This document shows positions 7,423-19,035 of a stretch of 64,000 nucleotides of DNA, piece by piece. Positions within the stretch are counted from its first letter, which is position 1. Every line of letters starts with the position of its first letter. The stretch comes from Candidatus Bathyarchaeota archaeon. GTDB lineage: Archaea; Thermoproteota; Bathyarchaeia; Bathyarchaeales; Bathyarchaeaceae. The DNA lies in assembly GCA_963697165.1 (NCBI GenBank), contig CAVOMX010000024.1, forward strand, positions 32,001 to 96,000, written 5' to 3'. The position numbers and the translations under genes are program-made. The notes beneath the pieces were generated by a model that did not search any database, was not told where the DNA came from, and saw only the letters and a program-made list of their open reading frames with translations.

Positions 7423-10400
7423 TTGCCGATCCCGATGAGCGAAGAGTACAAGCAGTATGCTGATTCTTTGGAGAAAAGCCTTGAGAGCATATATGCTGTA
7501 GCGAGAGAGGCGCGGAAAAAAGGGTTAGACCCTGCTATCGTTCCCGAACCTGAGGTTGCAAATGACTTAGCTGAACTAGTAGAAGGGCTTGTTGGTCCTC
7601 CTGGGGTCGCTAAGGGCATACGCGATTTGAGTGAGAAGATGTCTCGAGAGGCGCTCACCTTCAAAATTACTGAACAGATCATAAATGGAAAATTTGGTGT
7701 CATGGATGCCCGTGAAGCCGCTGAACAGGCAATGAGAACTGCTCTTGCGATATTAACTGAAGGAATAACCGCGGCTCCTATACAAGGCATTGCTAAGGTA
7801 GAAATAAAAACTAATCCTGATCGGACAAACTACTTGGCGATATACTATGCTGGTCCAATACGTTCAGCCGGTGGCACAGAACAAGCCTTAACAATAATAG
7901 TTGGTGATCACATTCGTCGCCTGCTCAAGCTGGATCGATACAAACCAACAGAAGAAGAAATTTGTCGTTTCATAGAAGAAGTGCGGCTGTTTGAACGGGC
8001 TATCGCCAGATTTCAGTATCACATCTCAGACGAAGAGTTACGAAGAGCCATACCGAACATCCCCGTGGAGGTAACCGGCACCGAATCAGACCCCGTTGAA
8101 GTTTCGTCCTTCCGGAACCTCCCTCGAATCGAAACAAACAATGTTCGGGGCGGAGCTCTCAGAGTTGTAAACGATGGAATAGTTGGACGAGCATCAAAAG
8201 TATTAACCACTATCGAGAAACTCCAGATTGATGGCTGGGAATGGCTTGGAGGCCTAAAAGAGTTCTCGAAGAAAAAGAAAGCCGGATTCATGGAAGACGT
8301 CATAGCTGGGCGCCCAATTTTCTCGTTTCCATCTAGATTTGGAGGCTTCAGGCTTCGCTACGGAAGATCCCGAAACACAGGACTTGCAGCGGTCGGTATA
8401 CACCCCGCCACCATGATGGTTGTCCAGAATTTTCTTGCCGCTGGAACCCAGCTTCGTTTAGAGGGTCCAGGAAAAGGCGGGATTACTGTTCCGGTTGATA
8501 GTATTGAGCCTCCTATTGTGCGCTTAAAAAACGGGTCTGTTGTGCGTGTTACTCTCCAGAATTTTGCTCAAATTGAGAAACTGATTGACAGAATTCTGTT
8601 TCTTGGAGACATCCTGATTGGATTTGGCGACTTTCTATACACCAATAAGCCTCTTCGTCCGTCTGGCTACAACGAAGAGTGGTGGCATGAAGAGCTTGTG
8701 GTAGCACTTGACCAGAAGTTTGGTTCTGACTTGAAGGAAGCCACAAAAGCTGTTGGTTTGTCTACTTCGCGTCTTGATGACCTTTTAGCTGATCCCTTCA
8801 AGAATAAGCCAAACGCGAAGGAAGCCATTGCTCTTTCTTCTGTTTTCGGGATTCCGCTTACATCCTTTCTTCACCTTTTTCTGGGAGAATGTTTCCCTTG
8901 AAGAGTTTGGGGTTTTAAGAAACTGGCTGTTAACCTCTAAGACGAAAGTTGAAGATGCAGTGGTTAAAGAGATTGTTGGCTTGAAAGATAAAGCGGCGAA
9001 GAGTATCCTTGATAAACTCTGTATTCCCCACAATGTGATCGCAAACAGTATCCTCATAAAAGATGATGAGGCGCACATTCTCGCTTTTTGTCTCGGATTG
9101 AACGCACCTGACCGTATAGTAGACTCTTCGGGAAGCATTTTTGAGCATATACAGAAGTTCACGGGTGTTTCGATTAGGGCAAAGGCTCCCAGCTTTGTGG
9201 GCGCCAGAATGGGGCGCCCTGAGAAGGCTAAACATAGAGAAATGAAGCCGCTTGTTCATTCTCTATTTCCTGTTGGGCTTGCTGGTGGTTCCCGACGTAA
9301 TCTCTCTGAGGCTTCTACTAATGCTTCGATTGAAGTTGATATTGTGAGGCGTCACTGCATAAAGTGTAATGGTTTAACTTTTCTAATTCGTTGCCCTACC
9401 TGTGGCTCAGATACTGTTTTGGAGAAGTTTTGTCCTCAGTGCGGGAGATGCTTTAAAAGAGGATGCTTGTCCTGTCTGTAAATCTTCAACCAGAAGTTAT
9501 GCTCAGACAGCAGGTTGACATACGGTCTTTGATGTCTTTGGCTTGCAGAAATCTGGGACTTCATATGCCTAGCCTTGTGAAAGGTGTAAAAGGCATGACA
9601 AACGAAACGAAGACACCAGAGATTCTAGAGAAGGGGATTCTGCGGGCTAAACATGGTTTATCGGTCTTCAAGGACGGAACAATTCGTTTCGATGTTACGA
9701 ATGCTCCTCTTACCCATTTTACTCCTAAAGAGATTGGCGTCTCTGTTGAGCAGCTTCGATTGAATGGTTACCTGCATGACTATGAAGGAAATCCTTTAAC
9801 TGAGCCTGACCAGATTTGCGAGCTTAGGGTGCAGGATATAGTTATTCCCCGTAACTGTGGAGACTATTTTATTCATGTTGCAGCCTTTCTGGATGAACTG
9901 CTTGAGAAAATATACGAGCTTCCTCCTTACTACAAAATCGAAAAAGCCGCCGATCTAATTGGGCGCATCATTGTCGGTTTGGCGCCACACACCTCAGTTG
10001 GCATCGTCGGAAGGATTATCGGTTTTACTCCCCTGAAGGTCTGTTACGCTCATCCTCTGTGGCATTCAGCGAAACGTAGAGACTGTGACGGCGACGAGGA
10101 TGCATTGATGCTGGCTTTGGATACAATCCTGAATTTCTCTAAAGTCTTTCTGCCCTCTCATATAGGAGGAATAATGGATGCTCCTATCCTGATTATCCCA
10201 ATCGTGAATCCTATGGAAGTGCAACGGCAAGCTCACGAAGTTGATGTTGCAGGAAAGTATCCGCTACTGTTTTACGAAAAAACTTTGCGAACAGGCAGAC
10301 CCCCGACAAACAAGCACAATAATTGATACAATTGAAAATCGGTTGAACACTCCAGCTCAGTTTGAGGGCTTCAAATACACTATTCCTGTTTCGAACGTCA

Positions 10401-10837
10401 ACATGGGCAACTCCGAAAGCATATACAAAAAATTTGGAAAAATGACCGACAAACTACACAGCCAACTAGTTTTGGCGGAAAAGATCGAAGCTGTAGACGC
10501 CGACGTAGTTGCTAGAAAGGTTCTGACCACACATTTTGTGCGCGACATCGCTGGAAACCTAAGAGCCTTTACCACTCAAAAGTTTCGTTGCAAAGGCTGT
10601 AACAAAAAGTTCAGAAGAATGCCTCTTCTAGGCAAGTGTCCTGCATGTAAGAGTGATCTGATTCTTACTGTGTACCGTGGAGGGATTGAGAAGTATTTGC
10701 CCGCGGCGACTCAGCTCGTTAAGAAGTATGGTCTTCCTGAGTATTATGCTCAGAGGCTTTCTATGGTGGAAGAGGAAATCTTGACTTTGTTTGAGGGCAA
10801 GAAGCCTAGGCAGAGCAGTCTCGCCTCCTTTTCATGA
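7423..10837 (+). CDS. polC: DNA polymerase D large subunit DP2 (split by three frameshifts)
   Basis: AGPIRSAGGT, RLRYGRSRN, GARMGRPEK, HSAKRRDCDGDED and C-terminal Zn finger spread over four consecutive ORFs. Confidence 0.95.
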
Positions 10838-10881
10838 GTTTTGTAGATGCAAATCTTTTTTGCCTTAGCACCTAACATATC

Positions 10882-11164
10882 TTGAGGAGCGTGTTCAGGT
10901 TAACTCATCACCCTAATGCCTTCTTGTCTCTAAAAAGGAACATTAAACCCGGCTTGTCGGCTAGGACACAAATACTTTCTGTGCTTGAGAAACGAATATC
11001 CACAACTAGAAAGATTTCCCGAGAAACAGGGCTGAGCTACGCAGCCGTTCTTTATCATCTTCATCTTCTTGAGGCAGAGAACATCATAATCCGCAGGGGC
11101 AGGCGCTTCTACTGTTTGGGAATTAACTGGTGCAGGACAGCAAAGACTGTTAGATGGGAATTGA
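10882..11164 (+). CDS. ArsR-like wHTH protein (frameshift near 3' end)
   Basis: ISRETGLSYAAVLYHLHLLEAENII; alternative frame gives WELTGAGQQRLLDGN*. Confidence 0.7.
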
Positions 11165-11166
11165 CG

Positions 11167-11455
11167 CTAGAATGGGCATTCACAGGGCGATAGTCCACAC
11201 TTGGGGCACTTGTTAGGGTATTTTGAGAGTGCTGCCTTCTCTAGGTCTATGTTCTACGACGTTTGCCAGAGAAGCCAACCACGCCAAAACATCAGCAAAC
11301 TCTTTTTCGGCGACTTTCATATCCCCTTCTTTTAGGGCTTCTCTTAGCTCCTCAACTTCATCCCCGAGCCAATCTAGTGTTCCGTCTGTCCCCCGCTCGG
11401 AGTCTCTCTCAAAATATAGTTGCCGCATCATCTTCTGAAATTCGTTGATGTTCAT
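11167..11455 (-). CDS. MazG-like nucleotide pyrophosphohydrolase (frameshifted)
   Basis: EVEEL...EFADVLAWLASLAN; alternative frame gives KYPNKCPKCGLSPCECPF*. Confidence 0.85.
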
Positions 11456-11578
11456 TTCTTCCTCATAACCTCAGTAACTCAGTTGCTTTTTGTCACATCC
11501 TCGAATCTAATAAGCTCTTCCCGCCTATGAACTTAACAGCGGCGCCGCCTCTGGATTTATGTGGCGTTTCGTTTGTTG

Positions 11579-12401
11579 TTATCTTCGTTGCCCGTAACCT
11601 TCTATGCATCCCTGCTTTATCTGACGCACCAAACTGGCAATCTCTGGCAATGTCTCCTCAGGCTTTTCGAGGTTCTTCTCGTAGATCCTAGCGTAGGCGC
11701 TTCCTGCTATTGCCCCGTCTGCTCCTGCCGCAACTACTGCTGAGGCTTGCTGTCTGGTTGAGATGCCAAACCCCGCTAGTAGGGGCATGTCCGTGTGTCT
11801 TCTGACTCTTTGGACCAGTTTCAGGGTGGAGTCTCCCATGTTCTCTCTTACTCCTGTTACGCCTTCAACGCCTATGACGTAAAGGAAACCTGATGCAATG
11901 TCCGCAATCTTCTTCAATCGTTCTTCTGTTGTTGTTGGCGCTATCTGGAATATGGGATGTATGCCGCTCTTTTTGCCTTCAGCTAACAGAACATCCGCTT
12001 CCTCAACTGGAACGTTGGGCACGATTATCGCTTGGGCGCCTGCCTCTTTTATTTTGTTCAAGAAGTTTCCTACACCCATAACGTAAGGGATGTTATAGTA
12101 AGTGGTAACTACAATCGGATTCTCTATACCCCTAGCTCTTAGTTTCTTTATGCCCTCGATGCACCTGTTTGGGGTCATGCCCTTCTCTAGCGCCCTCTCG
12201 CATACTGCCTGAAATGTTGGTCCATCCGCTGTTGGGTCAGAGAAGGGAATTCCAAACTCGAGTATGTCTGCGCCATTTTCAGCAAGCGTTTCTAGCAGCC
12301 TGAGGGAAAACTCTTCGTGGGGATCGCCATAAGTAAACGTGGGGCATATGTGCGCCCTCTCCCTTACTTTGAAGTTCTCGGAATTTGTCTTCAAGATTCA
12401 T
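11579..12401 (-). CDS. trpA: Tryptophan synthase alpha chain
   Basis: EFGIPFSDPTADGPTFQ, GVTG, GFGIS. Frameshift near the 5' end. Confidence 0.95.
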
Positions 12402-13569
12402 GGAAATACCTCATAATCGTTTCTAGGTCCTTGTCGCCTCTTCCAGAATAGTTCAAAACAACAAGTTCCTCTTCCGCAAACTCTTCTTTGTGATTCAACA
12501 TATATGCGATGGCGTGAGCTGTTTCAAGTGCGGGTATCAATCCCTCGGTTCTGGCACATCACTTTTACTGCCTCAAAAACTTCCTTGTCGAAGGCGCAGC
12601 CTGACTTTACCCTTCCGCTGTTAACTAGAAACGATATTTCTGGTCCTCTTCCAGGATAGTTGAGTCCTGCGGCTCGTGTTCTTGACGGCTTTATCTGCCC
12701 GTTTTCGTCTTGCAGAACCTGCATTACGGCGCCATGTAGATATGCCTGGTTTGCCTATTTTGAAGGCTGCAGCGCTGTTGTCGGCTTCTAGGCTTTCGCC
12801 TCCGCCCTCAACAAAAACAAGTTTCACGTCTTTTTCGTTGATGAATGGTCTGAAGGCTCCTAATGCGTTGCTTCCTCCGCTTCCGCAAGCCACTATCGTG
12901 TCTGGTAGTCTGCCCTCTTTTTCGAGTATCTGTTCTTTGATTTCCCTTCCAATCACGCTCTGAAATGTTGCGACAATCTCTGGATACGGATGGGGACCCA
13001 CAGTTGAGCCCATAAGATAATGGGTGGTCTTGTGAACAGGCAGTCCATTTTCGTAGAGTATCAGAGACTGCATCTTTTAGAACTCCCATCCCGATGTCGA
13101 CTGGAGTTACTTTTGCTCCCAAGCAGTTTGATCCGTTTTACGTTGCTTGCCTGCCGTTTGATGTCCTTCACACCCATGAAGACCTCTGTCTCTAGTCCGC
13201 AGATGTTGCCTGCCATTGCTGTTGCAAGTCCATGCTGTCCTGCAGCGGTTTCTGTTATCATCCTTGTTTTTCCCATTTCCTTTGTCAGGAGCGCCTGACC
13301 TAGGGCATTGTTGAGTTTATGTGAGCCTCCGCATACTAGGTCTTCTCTTTTGAGGTAAACTTTGCATCCGACAAGTTCGCTAAAGTTCTTCGCATGATAG
13401 AGCGGGGTTGGTCTTCCAGCATAATCCTGTCAGTAATCCGTTGAGTTTCTCTTGAAATTCTAGCTGTCGGGTAATGCTTCTCAAAAGCTGCTTCCAACTC
13501 GATCAGAATCGGCATCAGTATCTCGTTTACATACTGTCCGCCATATTCTCCAAATTTTCCCTTTTTCAC
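12391..13569 (-). CDS. trpB: Tryptophan synthase beta chain, TrpB1 type (several frameshifts)
   Basis: [41 protein letters not shown] in consecutive fragments. Confidence 0.9.
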
Positions 13570-13581
13570 TTTCTGTCACCT

Positions 13582-14248
13582 TTAGTTGTTTTGTAGTTTG
13601 ATTTGTTTTGCATTTTCAACAAAAGCGCTGACCTTTCTCGTGATCCTTAACTCCCGGGCTAGCTTCAACGCCGCTGGCAACATCAACGGCGTAGGGCTTG
13701 ACTGTTAGAATGGCTTCTTTGACGTTCTCGGGCTTGAGTCCCCCAGCCAAAATTACTGGAACTGGCGCAACAGCTTCCTTGATTTGCATGCTTACTGTCC
13801 AGTCGTGAACCTTGCCTGTTCCGCCATATTGATCCTTTGTGAAAGAGTCCAAAAGAATTGCGTCAAAACTTTTTGAATCCTCTTAAACTTGCATCGTTTA
13901 GGCTGTCCGCTTTCACGTAAACAGTTTTTATCAAACGAGTATATTTTATCCTCTCACGAATTTCTGAAGCAACAAAACGTTTTTTCCCGTGGATTTGAAT
14001 TGCCGACGGTTTTAGATTTTCACAGATTTCAGCTAATTCCTCAATGTTTTGGGGCGCAGTAACGACTACGCTGTCAACAAAAATTGGCACATGACTCAAC
14101 AATATTTAGCCCTTTCTAGCGTCAAGATTTCTTGGCGACGAAGGAACGCCCACAAGAAAGCCAACAGCATCTGCTCCCGCAGTCAAGGCTACAGTCCAAA
14201 TCCTCTGTCTCTTGTTAACCCACAAATCTTCACTCTGACGCTTCTCAA
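13582..14248 (-). CDS. trpF: Phosphoribosylanthranilate isomerase (frameshifted)
   Basis: VKICG, QIHG, GGTG, LAGGL, VDVASGVE. Confidence 0.9.
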
Positions 14249-15020
14249 TGGGCAGTAACAAACTCCTTGACCTTTTGTTCGATATTGTCAGCCATCATGA
14301 CTGATGAGCCAATTAAAAAAGCTTGAGCACCACATCCGCGAAGAAACAGCAGGTCCGCGGGGTCATTACTCCGCTTTCGCTAACAACAACCTTACTGTTG
14401 TTTTCAGTTTCCTTAGGATTCTCTCTGTTATGTGGAGGTCAACCTTAAGCGTTCTTAGGTCACGGTTGTTGATTCCAACCAAATCAGCATCGGTTTCTAT
14501 GGCTGTTGGAACTCGTCTTCGTTGTGGGTCTCTAGCAGAACCTCAAGGCTTCTAGCGTGCGCCAGTTAGATCATCTCGTCGAGGCTAAGTTCGCAGTATC
14601 TCCGCTTCAAAAAGTGCTTCTATCAGAAGAACAACATTGGCACCGATTTTTGAAGCAGTTTCAAGCTGTATTGGTCTAGATTATGTCCTTCATGAGGATC
14701 GGAAGCCTCACCGCTTCTCTGACCTTTGCTAAGGTAACTGAGAGAGCCTCTGAAATGTTTAGGTTCTGTTAAAACCGATATTCCTGTTGCCCCACCTTTT
14801 TCCATGGCTCTTGCAATTTCTGCTGGATCAAAATCTGTTTTGATTGTGCCTCTGGAGGGTGATGCTGCTTTGACTTCTGTTATTACTGCGTTTTGTTTGC
14901 TTTCGACAATCGCCTTTCTGAGACTAACAGAAGGAGCTGAGAGCTGAGTTGAACCTTATAGTAACCCTCAGTGACGGTTTCTTTGGCGTCCCGTGCTAGA
15001 GTGTCAAGATAGTCAGGCAT
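14245..15020 (-). CDS. trpC: Indole-3-glycerol phosphate synthase (frameshifted)
   Basis: EVKAASPS, ISVLTEPKHFRGS, GINNRDL; expected operon position. Confidence 0.85.
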
Positions 15021-16081
15021 GTTTCGTTCTCCAACTGTTCAAGCTTTGAAAGGTCTCCGCCAGAGAATTTGATTAGTTCCTTGAGTTTCTTGTAGGCGGC
15101 TCCGCTTTCAATCGATTCTTTTGCGGTTTCTATTCCGTAACCAAAATCTTCAGCCTCGCCCGCAGACGATAATGGCGGCAGCTCCGTTGACTTGGACAAT
15201 TTCTCTTCTGGGATCATCAGCTCCAATGCATCCATACAAGATTTTGAAGGCAAGCTCAGCGCTTTCTTCTGGCGTAGTTCCTTTGATGTCCTCTAGTCTT
15301 GGCTGTTTTGTGCCGAAATCTTTTGGAGCCATTTCCCTTGTTGTAACCTTGCCATTTCTTAACCACGAAATACGCCGTCTTTCCAATTGTGGATATCTCA
15401 TCTAATCCGTCCAAGCCGTGGACAACCATCGCTTCTTCGCAGCCAAGACTCTTCAGCGAATATGCCAGCGGCTCTGTTAGTTTGGGGTCGTAAACTCCTA
15501 GCAGTTGGGCATCTGGCGTCCGCAGGGTTCGTTAGGGGACCAAGAACATTGAAAACAGTTCTGATGCCCATCTCTCTTCTTGGACCAATAGCGTATTTCA
15601 TGGCTGGATGAAAGGCAGGAGCAAACATGAAACCCACACCCACCTTTTCGATAGCCTTCTCAACGTTTTCAGGTTCAACGTTAAGGTTGAGTCCCAGCCT
15701 CTCCAAAACGTCGGCGCTGCCGCATTTGCTGGTGACTGACCTGTTTCCGTGCTTAGCCACCGAAATATCTGCTCCTGCAACAACAAAAGCGACGGTGGTG
15801 CTGATGTTGAATGTTTTAATTTTGTCTCCTCCTGTTCCGCAGGTGTCAACAAGCCGCCCTTTACTTTGGGACGTATTTGGTGGCAGCATCTCCTTCATTA
15901 CTGTGGTGAAGGCTGTGATTTCCGTTCGGCTGTTTCACCCTTCATTCTGAGTGCTGTCAAGAATGCACCTATCTGAGCGTTTGTTGCTTCGCCGGACATG
16001 ATTTCTTTCATGGTTGCCGTAGACTCTTCGTAGGTTAAATCGGCGCCATTGACCAGTTTGTGTATGACTTTCTTTGATCAT
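15013..16081 (-). CDS. trpD: Anthranilate phosphoribosyltransferase (frameshifted)
   Basis: [41 protein letters not shown]. Confidence 0.92.
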
Positions 16082-16671
16082 TTTTTGTTTCTTCCTTCAA
16101 GAAAGTTTTTGATGATCTTTTTTCCATCCTCACACAGTATCGATTCGGGATGGAACTGCAATCCCGTAATTGGGTATGTTCTGTGGCGGACTCGCCATAA
16201 TTTCGCCGTCATCAGTTGATTCGGCGGTTACTTCGATACATGGGGGAATAGATGTTTCTTTCTCCAACAAGCGAATGATAACGGGTTGCCTTAAACGGAT
16301 TTTTGACGTCCTTAAAAACGCCTTTCCCATCATGTTTTATCATGCTTGTTTTTCCATGCATCAGCCGATTTGCCCGCACAATTTTTCCGCCAAAAACCGA
16401 GATTATTCCCTGATTCCCCAAGGCAAACTCCTAGTGTGGGAATCTTACAGCTCATCTCTCGCAAGACTGCAGAGCAAACTCCAAAATAGTGCGGGTCTTC
16501 GGGTGTTCCGGGACCCGGAGAGATTACTATCCGCTGTGGGTCTAGTTCAATGGCTTGTTGTAGTGTTATTTGGTCGTTTCTGTATACTGTTGGGTCTCCT
16601 CCAAGCTCTCCGATGTACTGGACGAGATTGTAGACGAAGGAATCGTAGTTGTCGATAACAAGCACTTTCAC
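16078..16671 (-). CDS. trpG: Anthranilate synthase component II (frameshifted)
   Basis: IDNYDSF, SPGPG, GVCLG, MHGK, RYHSL. Confidence 0.92.
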
Positions 16672-18075
16672 TTGTTTTCACTTCCTGAAACTTCTAATGC
16701 TTTGATTAGTGCACGGGCTTTGTGCTCTGTTTCGAACCATTCTTTTTCTGGGTCAGAGTCTGCTACTATTCCCGCCCCAACTTGGATGTGGGCATTTTCT
16801 CCATTAGATACAAGCGTTCTGATTGCTATTGCAAAATCTGCGTTGCCGTTGTAGGAGAAGTAGCCTACTGCGCCCGCGTATGGTCCCCTTCTTGTCGGCT
16901 CAAGCTCTTCGATTATCTCCATTGCCCTGACTTTCGGGGCTCCTGAGACTGTGCCTGCTGGAAAAACAGCCCTTAACGCGTCATAAGCGTCACATTCGTC
17001 TTTTAGGTCACCAACAACCCGTGAAACGATGTGTTGCACGTGGCTGTATTGGTGTACTTTCATGAATTCTGGGAGGTGAACGCTTCCAAACTTGGATACT
17101 TTTCCAATGTCGTTTCTGCCTAGGTCCACTAGCATCACATGTTCGGCGCGTTCTTTGGGGTCTGCCAGTAACTCCTCGGTTAGCGTTTGTTCTCTTTGGG
17201 TCTTTTACGTGGGGTCTTGTGCCTGCTATCGGAAAAGTTTCAACTGCCCTGTTTTCGACCCGTACAAGCATTTCAGGGCTTGAACCCACTATCTGATGTT
17301 CTCCTGATTTCAGGAAGTACATGTACGGTGATGGGTTTATCTTTCTGAGATTTCGGTAGAAACCAATCAGGTTGCCTCTGATTCGAAAGTCGAATCTTTT
17401 GGAGAGAACAACCTGAAAAATGTCGCCAGCGGTTACGTATTCTTTTGCTTTCTCTACCGACTTCTCAAAGCGCTCCTTGGATGTGTTGACTTTTAATTGT
17501 TTATGCGATAGAGTTTCGTTGTTGTCCGTTTCTTGTAGCCGTTTATTGATTTCGTCTAACCTATTTTCGTGTAGGTAATAGTAGAATGCCTGCCTGTTCT
17601 GTGGTCATAGATGATGCCGTCATCAAAAATTCCGACTTTAACATCAGGAAATTGCTGGTCATCAAGTGCTTTTTGGGGAAGTTTTTCCCAGTATCGGACT
17701 GCATCATAGGAGATGTATCCGACGGCTCCGCCGACGAATCTTTGTTCCTTAAATCCAGGTCTGTTTCGGAGTGTCTTTGCGATTACCGTTAATGGTTCGT
17801 TAACTTTTTCTCTTTCTTTTTCGATCAGTTCTTTTGTTGTGGGTAATTGCTTCTCCGTTTTTGATTATGATTGTTAATTCTGGGTTGAATCCTATGAATG
17901 AGTATTGTGAAAGCTTCTCTGGGCCTTCAATTGATTCGAGAATGTATGCGTTTTCGTAGTGGTTATAGAGTTTTGAGAAGATTTCGAGAGGCGATTTGTT
18001 GAAGGATATTTTTTTAATCTTCAGTTGGCCAGTAAGTGGAGTCTTTGACGTGTTGGGTTTGTGGATGCCAAACAT
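16668..18075 (-). CDS. trpE: Anthranilate synthase component I (frameshifted)
   Basis: [41 protein letters not shown]. Confidence 0.93.
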
Positions 18076-18085
18076 TATCCCTCAT
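18014..18085 (-). CDS. Putative Trp-containing leader peptide overlapping the trpE start
   Basis: [23 protein letters not shown]. Two more in-frame TGG codons lie immediately upstream, and GGAGAG precedes the ATG. Confidence 0.35.
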   Translation of the reverse strand: MRDNVWHPQTQHVKDSTYWPTED

Positions 18086-18299
18086 TTTCCAGCTCTCCCA
18101 AGGAGCATTGATAGACTATAGGCGTCATATTTAAAGCTTCTGAGTATAAATATGTACGTTAAAGCCTGCTTTTGCTCTTGCCAAAACATGCGAAAACTAA
18201 GCAAATAGTTGACACTTTCTAAAAAACAAGCACCCCAATTCCCCAATCAGATACGTAACTTTAATTAACTTCTCTTGAACTTTTATAAAATGAACCAAA

Positions 18300-18476
18300 A
18301 TGGGTATGCGAAAGAAGAAACAGAAAGACGGAGCACGAATGCCCGCTCAAGGCGCTGGACTCCTACGCTTCTTTGAAGAGGACACGAGAGGTCTTAAAGT
18401 TAAACCTGAAGTAGCTGTTATCTTAGCAATAGCTCTTATAGCCGGTAGCCTTTTGGCAACAATCTTTTTAGTATAA
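18300..18476 (+). CDS. secG: Preprotein translocase subunit Sec61beta (absent from ORF track)
   Basis: Hand translation: MGMRKKKQKDGARMPAQGAGLLRFFEEDTRGLKVKPEVAVILAIALIAGSLLATIFLV*, with the GLLRFFEED signature. Confidence 0.9.
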   Translation: MGMRKKKQKDGARMPAQGAGLLRFFEEDTRGLKVKPEVAVILAIALIAGSLLATIFLV

Positions 18477-18480
18477 CTTT

Positions 18481-18759
18481 CTACTTTTCGTGCAGAACTT
18501 CGATTCGCTGAACCGAGCTTAGGTTAACAAAAATTTCGCTTCTATTTTCTCTGCTTACAATCTGCGGCACCGGCTGAGCTATCGTAGACCGCAACGTAAC
18601 AACTTCAGCATCAGAAAGCCAGATTCCTGGAGGTTCTCTGGTTACAGCGGCTAATGTTCCTTCAAACCCGTAGGAAGGATCCACAATCGCAATCATCTTC
18701 CGTCCAACATGCCGCTCAAGAATCTGGAATACGGACGGAGGGGGACTAGCATTTGACAT
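18481..18759 (-). CDS. Divergent Sm/Lsm-fold-like protein
   Basis: LERHVGRKMIA...FEGTL...IWLSDAE...EIFVNLSSVQRIE resembles Sm1/Sm2 motifs. Confidence 0.55.
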   Translation of the reverse strand: MSNASPPPSVFQILERHVGRKMIAIVDPSYGFEGTLAAVTREPPGIWLSDAEVVTLRSTIAQPVPQIVSRENRSEIFVNLSSVQRIEVLHEK

Positions 18760-19035
18760 AGCCCTTAAGTTTACTTCGGAATTGCCATAAAAGCTTTTAC
18801 ACCCCAAAATTATGATTTTAAACATACTTTCTGGGGGGTGCCTCGGATACGGGCATCCAATTTGTCAATGTTTTTTCATAAAAGCGTTACTAGAATTTTC
18901 CTAACATAATCCCATTTATGTAAAAACGGTTCTCTGCTACCGTTTTCGCGGCACATTTAAGTAGACCTAAGGAGGGAAAAATATAACATTAATGTTTTTG
19001 AAGGTTTTTCCTATAACAGATGGCTGAGAGGCTTC

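Noticed and set aside
7423..10837. Naturally split PolD, intein or programmed frameshifting
   Set aside because: The summed length fits an intein-free DP2, and similar breaks occur throughout the window.
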